Assembly (NCBI RefSeq): GCF_028641065.1
Contig: NC_073403.1
Location: 16,926,001-16,990,000, forward strand
DNA from: Leucoraja erinacea
Lineage: Eukaryota
Length of the DNA stretch: 64,000 nucleotides
Reading direction: 5' to 3'
This document shows, piece by piece, positions 12,156 through 22,997 of this stretch. The notes under the pieces are model-generated. The model was not told the origin of the DNA and did no database searches. It saw only the letters and a list, made by a program, of their open reading frames with translations. Within the stretch, counting starts at the first letter, position 1. Each line of letters opens with the position of its first letter. The position numbers and the translations under genes were made by a program.

Positions 12156-13194
12156 CCTTTCCAGTTTTAACGGGAGTGGAGGATGACAAGAAAGATTCTC
12201 CTGAATGTAATGAAATACCAATGTAGTCCAGAAACAGCAAGGTTGATCATTGAATTGTGACTGATAACAAAAATCATCAGTACATTATCTGCTTTTGAAC
12301 TTGGGACTTTATTGCAAACCACTTGTTTGTAGATACACCTGAGGAATCTCCCAATGATCTATCTTTATTTCACAATTGAGATTATATAAACTAGAACTAT
12401 TCTATTTTAAGACAATTTGTCTGCTTATTGATGGAAATCTAGCTCTTTTATTTCTCTCGTTCGAATAAACACAGCATCTGGTTTGTTATCTACCTGCTCT
12501 TTGAGTCTAGTTTATTACCTCGTCTATTGTCCTTCACTGTTGATATGGCCATGTAAGTGGCTGGTAGCTGCATCTGTTTGTATATCATAGTGGGAGCCAG
12601 TCTATCATAGAAACTTCCAAGCTCCTGGTGTTTTCCAGAAGCTCTTTTAATTTATTAAAAATTACCCGAGAGCTATCTGTTTGAAATGGGATTAGGAACA
12701 TTAGTTAATTGATTACTTTGTTTTGGCATTGCTAAACTGCAGCAAATATGCACAGTGCCATGAGTTACTCAGTCCCACCTATTCACCACCGTACAGGGGA
12801 GGTATCTTTTCGAAGCAGCAATTACATTGAAGTGATAGTCAGTCCCCAATCGCCAAGCAACAGGAGAATAAAGGTTTACGTACACACTGAGCAAACACAA
12901 GGCGGTTTATACAGGTGTTTGTTTCCACCTGGCAGCCACATCATCTAACAGCTGGTCTTATTGTATGTTCTAGTCTCCATTAACTCTGTGTGGTCTGTGA
13001 CCAATAATTGAAAATGGTAACTGTAGCCTTTGCCAACAAAAGGGTTTTTATTGAAAGATATTGCTGATATTTGTAAATATATAGACCTGAAACCTGACAG
13101 CGTTGGTATGCATATTTAAAACCATCTCAATCCTTATTCTTGTTCTAACAATAGCTACATTTTATAATTTTAATTCATCCTCTATCCTTTGGTC

Positions 13195-13640
13195 ATAAAA
13201 CAAAATGCTGGAGGAACTCAGTGAGTCCGAGTCTGGCAGCATCTGTGGAGGGAAATGGACAGTCTGTAGCGGCACCTGCTGGTGCGCGCCAATAACGAAC
13301 CCGGCGGTCGGAAGCCGCAGGCACGTGACCCGGGAAGGGTCGGGATTTTCGCGCGGTTTCGCTTTCCCGCGGCAGTTGTTCGACGACCACCGTTGTGGCC
13401 AGTCGAGTGTGTAGACTTGTAAGATCAGAGAACGAGTTTGAAATAAAAACAGCGTTCAAAGAAACTGGTCATCGTCTTTGCACCGCTAAAAGTCAATGTT
13501 TATGTTTGGGTCCCTTCTTTGATCGTGACCTGAAACGTCATCAGTCCATTCCCTCCACAGATGCTGCTTGACCCGTTGAGTTCCTCCAGCAATTTTTCTT
13601 TTGCTCAAGATTATAGCATCTGCAGCTTCATCTGTATCCA
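13195..13640. mobile_element. Penelope-derived inverted dimer interrupted by a solo LTR
   Basis: Minus arm 13195-13264 continuing at 13491-13520; plus arm ~13527-13640. Confidence 0.7.
13265..13490 (+). mobile_element. Solo LTR (Gypsy-like), 226 bp
   Basis: TGTAGCGG...CCGCTAAA termini (TG..CA with one mutation), 4-bp TSD AGTC, AATAAA at 13442, CpG-rich. Confidence 0.75.
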
Positions 13641-13754
13641 CCCTCTGGCTCTTTTGTGAAGGTAAAACTACCTCTAATTCATACCTCTATTTCATTGCTG
13701 CAGTGTCACGTCACTGAAAATAGACTTGTTTCATCAGTGAAACGTGACAATGAA

Positions 13755-14116
13755 GTCATAAAGTCATACAGCATGGAAACAGGCCTTTCAGTTCAACTCA
13801 TCCATGCAACCATGACGCTCCATCTACACTAGTCCCACATGCCTGCATTTGATCCATATCACTCTAAACCTTTCCGATCCATGTACCTGTTGAAATGTCC
13901 TTTAAATGCTTCAACTACATCATCCGGCAGTTTGTTCCATACACCCACCACCCTCTGTGAAAAAGTTGTCCCTCAGGTTTCTATTAAATATTTCCCCTCT
14001 GACCTTAACCCTATGTTCTCCAGTTCTTGATTCTCCTACCCTGGAGAAATAAGACTCTGTTCATTCACCCTATCTATCACCCTCATGATTTTATACACCT
14101 CTATAAGATCACCCCC
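13755..14116 (-). mobile_element. CR1 LINE 3' fragment
   Basis: Reverse complement of the CR1 ORF2 end and TATGACT tail. Confidence 0.85.
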
Positions 14117-14350
14117 TGTTGGATTTTTGGATTCTAGTTTCTAGATTGTTTTGCATCACAGCTTCGAACACGCTTCTTCCCAATGTGAACTTTTCTTGCA
14201 TGCCTTACATGATTTCCAGTCAGATGTGCATCAAATCATGTCATTCCCTATCCAGGTGCACAACCTTTTATCCGAAAGCCTTGGGACCAGACACTTTTCG
14301 TAATTCGGAATTTTTCGGCCTTCGGAATGGAAGATTTTTAGCGTAGATTT

Positions 14351-14422
14351 TAACGGCTGGCTCAGTGGTAGAGTGCTCGGCTCATATCCGCAAGGTCGCG
14401 AGTTTGCGCCTCGATCCCGGCA
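14351..14422 (+). pseudogene. tRNA-Met(CAT)-like degenerate sequence inside the DNA transposon
   Basis: A-box TGGCTCAGTGG, D-arm, CT-CAT-AT loop (anticodon 14383-14385), AGGTC variable loop, CGAG/CTCG T-stem; acceptor stem and T-loop are defective. Confidence 0.6.
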
Positions 14423-15211
14423 GTTACTCGGCCGTGAGTTTGAGTCTTCAATGTAGTTTTTTCTTGCAGAATAAATGTTTGTATGAAATGCAGTGTAGGA
14501 GAGGTGTACTGACTGTGTGGGCAGAACTTTGGAAGTGATTGCCCACCAGTCTCAAAAGCCGCTGTGTCTCCCTGTCCCTGGGATAGCAGGGGGCGATTAA
14601 ACAGCACAATACCCCCTCCCCGTCCAACTCCAGAGGAATCCGCTCCCCGATGGGTCGCTACGGCGACAAGTGGCAGTTCGCCCACAGCCCGAGCTGCGCC
14701 ACCCCAAGAACAAGACGTACCTTGCACACCATCGGCTTCTGCCCCTACGGGGAGCGTGTTCCTCTGGAGTTGAAGCGGGGCTGGGCTGGAGTTGCTGATC
14801 TGGGATCTCTGTGCTTGCAGTGGGCCTGGGGGTCGGTGTCCCGATGAGGGGGCGCAGCTCGGGCTGTGGGCGAACTGCCACTTGTCGCCGTAGCGGCCCA
14901 TCGGGGAGCGGCTTCTGGTGGTCCTGACGTCTCCGGCCAGTTTGCAGTTTTCCTCTGGAGTTGGAACGGGGCTGGGCTGCTGCTGGCTGTGGGTCTCTGG
15001 GATCTCCGTGCTTGCAGTGGGCCTGGGGGTCGGTGTCCCGTTGGTCCTGACGTCTCCGGTGACTGGCACTGACCTGCTGGCATTACGGACGTGAAGACAG
15101 TACAAAGCCCCCACGCCGGTGCAATGGGCGGGGAGCTGGAGAGGGGAGGGAAGGGGTCACACATATGGCCGGGAAGCAGAGGGGTGTAGGTGGGGTGAAA
15201 CTGAAGGGAGC

Positions 15212-15334
15212 GACAATCTGCTGCTGCCTGCCCGCTGAGTTAAAAAGTTCCCACGCAAGACTCACGATACACCGTGTATCGTGAGTCTACCGTGGGAACT
15301 TTTTAACACAGCGGGCAGGCAGCAGCAGATTGTC
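15212..15334. repeat. 123-bp near-perfect palindrome
   Basis: 61-bp arms centred on 15273 with about 3 mismatches. Confidence 0.95.
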
Positions 15335-16867
15335 AATTATTAACCCTCCCGCGCAATATACCCTCACCTTCTCTTTTATGAATGGGGATTTAGTTCCCTT
15401 TTCTTCGAGGACCGACCGGAGGTTCCGCTGTCACCTCTGCGGGCCGCCCTCGGTGAACGTTTTCAAGGACCTTTCTTCAAGGACCAAAAAAATGTCCACT
15501 ATTCGGAGCTTTTCGTTATTTGGATCTTCGGATAAAAGGTTGTGCACCTGTATTACACTATCTCAGGTGTGCCAAACCCGGGTGCTACCAGAAAGACTGT
15601 CTTATTAATGTTGCACTGGATCAGGGTTGACTAAAGTAAGTCCCATTGCTGACCTTTGGTCCGCTCGTCCTCCCAACTACAGAAGTAATCTCACCAAACA
15701 CCTTCTCCCGTCATCTAGTCTCTAATCACCCCAGGCCCTGATTCCTATTATAATTGATCCCTCAATTGATCATCGATGTTAGAAACTCTTTGACCATCAA
15801 GTGGCCTGGCCCATTGCCATTTCCCTGATCTCCACCCTCCAAACTCCCCAATTCTCCAAACTACCCAGTTCCTGTGATTACTGATTTATTTCCTCCTAAA
15901 CTACTTGAAGGACATTGATTTCCATCCTGCCTAACATGGTCTTAACAGCCAGGTGATAGAAGGATTTTCTTCTATCACCTAAGCAAGGATCAGCATCCAT
16001 CCATCCAAACAATAGTCAGTCTCCATTACATTTCCCTACCCTTCAGGTTCCGATCAACCTATGTACCCCAGACTGCCTCAAATGTACCAAGGTAGCACTG
16101 ATCCTCCCCAGGCCCTGACTAATGCACCACAACTCCCACTGCTCCTCGGCCCAGAGATCCTCTCTCACTCTGGATCCCGTGCATAGTCTACGGTCCCTAA
16201 TCCTTCAATTTCCTTTGCTCATTTCGCACCACACAAAGAAATGTCAGTGAAATCTCTTCAGTAGTTTAGGCAACAGAGAAGTTTGCCTTCGACAGTTTGG
16301 CCTTTGACAGGCTGCACAAAAACTATGCAGTGTACATTTAACATCACATTCCTCTATCCAGCCTTGCCCCTCTTTGCCAGAAGACAGGCTAAGTAACCCT
16401 CTGGCTATGTAGCAAGGTTCATTGTGAATATATCAAATTTCAATTAGGCTTCCAATTTGGGTAACTTTGTCAAGGAAACTCCATGTGTAATCAGTGCCAA
16501 TACTAGACTGTGGGGCACACGTCATTCTTTACGGTCTTAGATTTCCATGTTTAAAGCATGAAAATCAAATCCAAAACAACCAACAACTTTGATTTGAGTG
16601 TTTAGTACAGATTGTAGAGAGGATAGTTGCCAAGACTTGAATATTCAAAATTCCAACGTTCTATTTTGTGTTCAAAATTCCAGCATCTGCAATCCCATTT
16701 GACTCAAAAATTAGAAAGATAGGATAGGTAAGAGTGCTTATCTTTCAGGACATCATTTAAAGCATGAACAATCAAGAGAGGCTGGGGAAGAGTAAATTGA
16801 AAGGAAATGTTTATCTTGTCTGAGATGCCAGAGACTTGAAGCACAGAATAAAGGTTGAATGAGAGAA

Positions 16868-16992
16868 GGTCTAGGAAGGAATTGCAGATGCGAGTTTAAA
16901 CCAAAGATAGAGACAAAATGCTGGAATAATTCAGTGGGACAGGCAACATCTCTGGAGAGAAGGAATGGGTGACGTTTCGGGTCAAGATCCTT
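16868..16992 (-). mobile_element. Penelope-derived element
   Basis: Family body ending GGGTGACGTTTCGGGTCAAGATCC. Confidence 0.75.
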
Positions 16993-17099
16993 GATCACAT
17001 TGAATGGAGGTGTTGGCTCGAAGGGCCAAATGGCCCACTCCTGCACCTATTGTCTATTGTCTATTCTCTTTCAAGTGGGCTACATATTGCATATTTCCA

Positions 17100-17640
17100 T
17101 TCAGAGTCACAGCACGGAAACAGGCCATTCGTTCATGCCGACCAAGATGCCCCATCTCTGCTAATCTCATTTACCAGCATTTGGCCAATATCCCTCTAAA
17201 CCTTTCCCTTCCATTTACTTGTCCACCTTCTGTGTGAAAATATTGCCCCTCAGATTTCTAGTGCATCTTTTCATTTTCACCTTAAACCTTCGGCTCTTGA
17301 TACCCCAACCTGGGAAAAATATTCTGTGCATTCATCCTATCTATTCCCCTCATGATTTTATGCACCTCTATAAGTTCATCCCTCAGCCTCCTATACTCCA
17401 GGGAATAAAATCCCGGCCTACCCAACCTCTCCTTTTAACTCAGACCCTCGAGTTCTGGCAACATCCTTGTAAATCTTTTCTTCACTCTTTCCAGCTCAAT
17501 GGCATCAATTTATTTATATTAATGTGCATGTTTTATGGAGGTGGTTCCAAGACTAAATAATGTTGGTTCCTGATGGATCATCAGGGGTGAACAATACTCC
17601 AAGTGTGCCTTCACCAACGTCTTATACAACTGTAACATAA
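17100..17640 (-). mobile_element. CR1 LINE 3' fragment
   Basis: Reverse complement of the ORF2 C-terminus and tail; interrupted at 17507-17578. Confidence 0.8.
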
Positions 17641-17816
17641 GCATTTATGTTAATGCTTTCTTGTGAAAGTGATATGGAAGCATTAAACATTGCATGCTTA
17701 TGCTTATGCAGACCACAGTCCGCTCAAATTGGCAGAAATACCTCTTCCTCATTAACAATCGGTACGGGACCACCTCAAGGCTGTGCGCTCAGCCCCCTGC
17801 TCTACTCGCTCTATAC

Positions 17817-18096
17817 CAGGGGTGGGGAACCTTTTCATGTTGGAAGGCCGCATTAAGTTAGCTGTAATCTAATAAGGCTGCATTCCAAGAAACTTCAATT
17901 AGCTACAGGATTATTTAGTTGAATTTTCTTTTACTCTTTGGTATTTTAAATACGTTCATTTTAAGATTAAAATAAAAATAATAAAAGACGATCAAAAACA
18001 TATGAATAAAAATAAAAGGATTTGTTCGACAAAATTTGGATTCATTCAAAAGGCTGTACTTAATGGCCTAGAAGGCCACAGGTTCTCCACCCTATA
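17817..18096 (+). mobile_element. hAT/Charlie-type MITE
   Basis: CAGGGGTGGGGAACC / GGTTCTCCACCCTATA ends; 8-bp TSD CTCTATAC at 17809-17816 and 18097-18104. Confidence 0.9.
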
Positions 18097-18824
18097 CTCT
18101 ATACTCATAACTGTGCAGCCGGACACAGTGCAAACTCCATCGTCAAATTCACTGACGACACCACCATCGTTGGGCGGATTACAGATGGTGATGAGTCAGA
18201 ATATAGAAGTGAGATCGACCGATTGACCAAATGGTGCCAGCACACCAACCTGTCTCTCAATGTCAGTAGAACCAATGAACTGATTGTGGACTTTGGAAGA
18301 GGAAGGACGAGGACCCACAATCCTGTTTATATCAACGTTGGTGGAGTGAGTCAAGAACTTCAAATTCCTGGGTGTGCATATTTCCGAAGATCTTTCCTGG
18401 ACCCAGCAATGATGCAATTATAAGGAAAGCACATCAACACCTTCACTTCTGGAGAAGATTACGGAGATTCGGTACATCAAGTGTACAGTAGAGAGCACAT
18501 CGACTGGTTGCAACACGGCCTGGTTTGGCAAACTTGAATGCCCAGGAGCGAAAAAGACTGCAAAATGTTGTGGACACTGCCCAGTCCATCACCGGCTCTG
18601 ATCTCCCCACCATGGAAGGGATTTATCGGAGTCGCTGCGTCAAATAGGCAACCAGCATCATCAGAGACCCACACCATCCTGACCATTTCACCATTGCCAT
18701 CGGGAAGAGGGTACAGGAGCCTGAAAACTGTAACGTCCAGGTTCAGGAACAGCTTCTTCCCTGCAGCCATCAGGCTATTACACACTACAACCTCAAATAA
18801 GCTTTGAACTACAATAGACTATTA

Positions 18825-18992
18825 NNNNNNNNNNNNNNNNNNNNNNNNNNNNNNNNNNNNNNNNNNNNNNNNNNNNNNNNNNNNNNNNNNNNNNNNNNNN
18901 NNNNNNNNNNNNNNNNNNNNNNNNNNNNNNNNNNNNNNNNNNNNNNNNNNNNNNNNNNNNNNNNNNNNNNNNNNNNNNNNNNNNNNNNNNNN
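18825..18992. other. Assembly gap
   Basis: Run of N. Confidence 1.
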
Positions 18993-19928
18993 TTATTTAT
19001 TACATCGTTTACAGTGTACTATGTTTACATATTTTGTTGTGCTGCAGCAAGTAAGAATTTCATTGTTCTATCTGAAACATATGACAATAAAACACTCTTG
19101 ACTCTTTTCTATGGATATAATCTTATCATTGCTGCACAAAAAAACATATTTACCGTAACAAACTTCATCGAGCATTTGTTGTCTGGGGTCTTTGTGGCCC
19201 AGAACCACACTGGGAGATGACTTTCTTCAATGAGTCATCAAGGGAGCTTGGTCTGGACAAGATTTATTTCATGTGTTTGCAGTTTCTTGGAACAGTTCCG
19301 CACTTTGCTGTAGGCAGCTGTCATTGAATAGGATACAATCAATTATAGCTCATGGTAGTAAAAAAATGCTTTGACTGACATCAAGAGGCCATGAAATGGC
19401 ATTGGAACTTTTCTGTCTTAGACTTCCAGCAGTGATGTGGCTGAATAGAGGAAAGGAAAGAGCAGACACGAAACAAAAATAAATACCAGAAATATGTGTG
19501 AATCATTTGCGCTGTAAATTTATTTATATTAATGTGCATGCTTTATGGAGTTTGTTCCAGGACTTTAAATAAATTTGGTTCCTGATGGATTAGTAGCTGA
19601 ATGTGTGGTGCAATATCAGGCCATAAATATCTTTATACCATAATATTTTAAATTAATGATCCCAGTTGAGAGGTGCATTCTGGTTTTACCAGCTCTGAGC
19701 AAATTGGTAGGGAGGGGCATCATCCAGATATGGGCTGGAGATTTGCCTAAGACGGTGGCACAGAGCAGGCTGTATAGGAATTTACACACTGCCAAGTCTT
19801 TATTTTTATTGAATGCAGTGGAACTGGTTGTCAGGTAATGAGGTGCAGTGTATACCAAACTGCTGACCCAATATTGCTCTGTATCCCAGTGAAGTATCTA
19901 CCCCGGATCCTTCTGTGATTGCTCTCTG

Positions 19929-19942
19929 CTGACCTCTGCTGG
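19929..19942 (-). promoter_or_regulatory. Candidate CTCF motif
   Basis: CCAGCAGAGGTCAG on the minus strand. Confidence 0.35.
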
Positions 19943-20007
19943 AGGGGATTTAACCCACAAATAGGCAGACCTGGAGCCCACTGCCCCGTTTTCTACCAAT
20001 AGTCCTC

Positions 20008-20152
20008 AGCAGTCTGAAGAAGGGCTCGGGCTCCAACCCGAAATATAATCTGTCCATTCCCTACACAGATGCTGCATGAACTGCACTGAGTTCCTCCAGC
20101 ACTTTGTGTTTTGGTCAAGACCCTGGTGCCCACAGTTCCTTGCGCAGTTCCT
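20008..20152 (+). mobile_element. Penelope-derived element
   Basis: CAGTCTGAAGAAGGG..CCCGAAA plus family tail. Confidence 0.7.
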
Positions 20153-20155
20153 TCG

Positions 20156-20473
20156 TAAGGTGAGGGGGAGAGATTTAGTAGGAACATAAGGGGTAAGCTT
20201 TTCACATCAAGGGTGATGAGCGTATGGAAGGAGGAGGTAGGTGAGGCAGGTAGTATCGCAACATTTAAGAAACAATTGGACAGGTACACGGATAGGATAG
20301 ATTTAGAAGGATATGGGCCAAATGCAGGCAAGTGGGACTAGTGTAAATGGGACATGTTGGTCAGTGTGGGAAAATTGGACCAAAGGGCCCGTTTCCACAT
20401 GGCTGTGTAGGGAATGGACAGATTATATTTCTGGTTGGAGCCCGAGCCCTTCTTCAGAGACTTTATGACTCTA
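20156..20473 (+). mobile_element. CR1 3' end carrying a 56-bp inverted templated insert
   Basis: CR1 tail interrupted at 20403-20458. Confidence 0.8.
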
Positions 20474-20563
20474 TCGATGCCATTCTCTACATTCTTGATG
20501 AAGCTCTCATTTGAAACGAGAGTTGATCTGTCAGGAGATGAGCTCAAAACCTTCAGGACTTAC

Positions 20564-20662
20564 CTCAGCAGAGGTCATGGAAAAATTGTTTTTGTATATT
20601 ATTGTTCCCATGGGGAAGTTGTATAAAATATTGGGAAATAATACTGATGATGATGATCGCTT
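20564..20662 (-). CDS. Possible internal exon (99 nt, phase 0-0), unidentified
   Basis: TTTTAG acceptor, GAG|GTAAGT donor, open frame KRSSSSVLFPNILYNFPMGTIIYKNNFSMTSAE; no homology recognised. Confidence 0.25.
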
Positions 20663-21085
20663 CTAAAATATTTTGGAAAGAATCATACATCAAATATTTT
20701 GGGTTGAAGTCTCCGTAAATGGATCATCACATTGAGTGAGGGTTCTAGGTCTCTTTCTCCAAAGGATGAAATGTATTGTCTCCTTCATTCCCATCTATTC
20801 ACTATCCATGCGTACACAAGGTAATGAGAGCACCCGGATCGGACTTCACTTTAAAAATGTTGCCAAAATCTGGCGACTACATTTGTGCTTATTGTACAAT
20901 TGGGGATTGTGCTTGTACGATATGATACAATAGAACTTTATTTACCCCAGGAGGGAAATTGATCCGCCAAAAGTATGGCAATACTTTTCTGAACTGTATG
21001 CAAAAAAATAATAATTTCACTGGTATTACACGTGGCAATAAAGAACCATCAAGTAGTAGTAAGCACACAGCCACTCAAGTTAATA

Positions 21086-21156
21086 CTAGGGCATATCAGC
21101 GTTGATTGTATTAAGTGGCCCTGCCACTTAATACAATCAATGCTGATATACCCTAG
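21086..21156. repeat. 71-bp hairpin (34-bp arms, 3-nt loop)
   Basis: CTAGGGCATATCAGCGTTGATTGTATTAAGTGGC-CCT-reverse complement, with 2 mismatches. Confidence 0.95.
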
Positions 21157-22429
21157 GTTTCACCTCTCATGAAGAAAAAATATTCCCTGTTATCAGGCTT
21201 CTGAAATGAAATGAAATGAAATGAAATGATTCAATTTATTGTCATTGTCAGTGTACAGTACAGAGACAACGAAATGCATTGCTGAATGGTCCTACTATGA
21301 GCTAGGGTACTGACTGATTCACCTCTACCTCTTTGAGGACATTGGACTTTGCCTATGGAATTGTTGCATTACAATGCTGAGAACTATATTCTGCACCCTG
21401 TATTTCTCCCCCTTTGCTCTACCTATTGTACTTCAGTTTGACGATTTATTTATATATCGTATTATCTGATCTGTTGGTTTTGCATGCAAAGCAAAGCTTT
21501 TCACTGTACCTCAGTACACGTGACAATAATAAACCTAATCCTAACCCCCCCACCCCTTCCTCTGCCAGTTCCCAGTGGCCCTCAATTTTGTGATCTGTCA
21601 ACAATTTATCAGCTTCCACTTTGAATAGCCTTAAAGATCTAGCCTCCAGGGAAGAGAGATACAGAACTTCACTGATCTTTACAAGAAACATATGATAATG
21701 AGAAACAAATTTTAAGGTTGGAAACTGCTGAAAAATTAGTCACTTACAAGGAGCACAGGTTGGAGAAAACAAACCCCAAAAAATCGAATAAAGTTGAAAA
21801 TGTTTTGCTTGGAGCCACATGGAACTGCAGATACTGGAATTTTGAGGAAAACATAAAGTGCTGGAGGAACTCAGCTGGTCGGGGGTTATCTATGGAGAGA
21901 ATGGAAAGATGATGTTTTGGGTTGCGACCCATCTTCAGACCTCTGTGTTAAAAGTTTTACTTGGTTTGGTCTCGTTGAAGTCATTAAAGTTACATCATGC
22001 CTTTGAGATTTAATAGCGGTTTATAGTTTGTTTGGTTGTTTGTTTGTTTGTCTTTATGCACAAAGTCGAGCATTGCCACTTTTCATTTCACTGCACATCT
22101 CGTATGTGTATGTGACGAATAAACTAGACTTGACTTGATATATTCATAATGCTTTTATAAAGATGAAGAGGAAATACTATCTTCCCGTTCAAAGGTCTGG
22201 CATGGAGGTTACAAACAATTTCTACATCAGATAGTTATTGGGACATGGATTGCTTTGTAATAGGAAGTAGTTGATGTAGGGACAGTGGACAAATGTTTGG
22301 ACAGAAAGGGATACAAAGTTGGAAGAGAGAGCAGGATGTGGATTGGAAAAGAAACACCTTCTGCATTGCAAACATTTGTGGTGTTGTCTTATGTGTTGGA
22401 TGACTCAAGGAGATGATAAATTCCCATCC

Positions 22430-22660
22430 TTTGGAGATGACAAGGGAAAGATTTAATAAGAACCTGGGGGACAACTTTTTCACTCAGTGGGCATATGGAA
22501 TGAGCTGCCAGAGGAAGCAGTTGAGACGCGTACAAAGACATTTGGAAAGGAAAAGTTTAGAGATATAGGACAACTGCAGGCAAATGGGACTAGCTTAGAT
22601 GCGGCATCATAGTCAGCACAGATGCGTTGGGCCAAAGGACACGTTTCCATGCTCTATGAT
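22430..22660 (+). mobile_element. CR1 3' fragment
   Basis: GGAATGAGCTGCCAGAGGAAG..TTGGGCCAAAGG tail. Confidence 0.8.
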
Positions 22661-22669
22661 CCAAAGACA

Positions 22670-22997
22670 AGTGTGTTTGTAGATTAATTGGCCTGTGTAA
22701 ATTGCTGCTGGGGTGTAGGGAGTGGATGAGAAAGTGGGATAACATTGAACTAGTATGAATGGGTGATTAAAGGTTGGCTTGGACTTAGTGGGCTGAAGGG
22801 CCTGTTTCCATGCTATATCTCTAAACTAAAACTAAACTAAACTGAACTGCACTAGTCTGAAGAAGGATCCCGACCCGAAACGTCACCCATCCATTTTCCC
22901 TAGAGATGCTGCCTTAACAGCTGAGTTAATGCAGCACTTTGTGTCTATCTTTGGTATAAACCAGCCTATGCAGTTCTTTGTTTCTAAACTAAACTAA
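22670..22997 (+). mobile_element. HE1-type SINE 3' part with a Penelope-derived element in its tail
   Basis: TAAAC tail on both sides of 22854-22984; core CTGAAGA-AGGATCCCGACCC-GAAACGTC at 22857-22884. Confidence 0.75.

Larger units (their letters stand above)
14253..15550. mobile_element. Non-autonomous Tc1/mariner(pogo)-type DNA transposon, 1.3 kb
   Basis: Perfect 24-bp TIR CAGGTGCACAACCTTTTATCCGAA; TA on the right, TC (probably mutated TA) on the left; GC/CpG-rich mosaic interior; no transposase motif. Confidence 0.85.
17707..19105 (+). mobile_element. Rex1/Babar-like LINE 3' half (RT), interrupted by a hAT MITE and a gap
   Basis: GPPQGCALSPLLYSLYT|HNC..KFTDDTTIVG..WCQHTNLSLNV..LPSGRGYRSLK; TCTTGAC tail near 19100. 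Confidence 0.9.

Noticed and set aside
14362-15114. 250-aa ORF inside the TIR element as a transposase
   Set aside because: No DDE or HTH motifs; it is translated GC-rich internal duplications.
15640-16220. C-rich strand-skewed tract as a hidden tandem repeat
   Set aside because: No consistent period could be established by eye.
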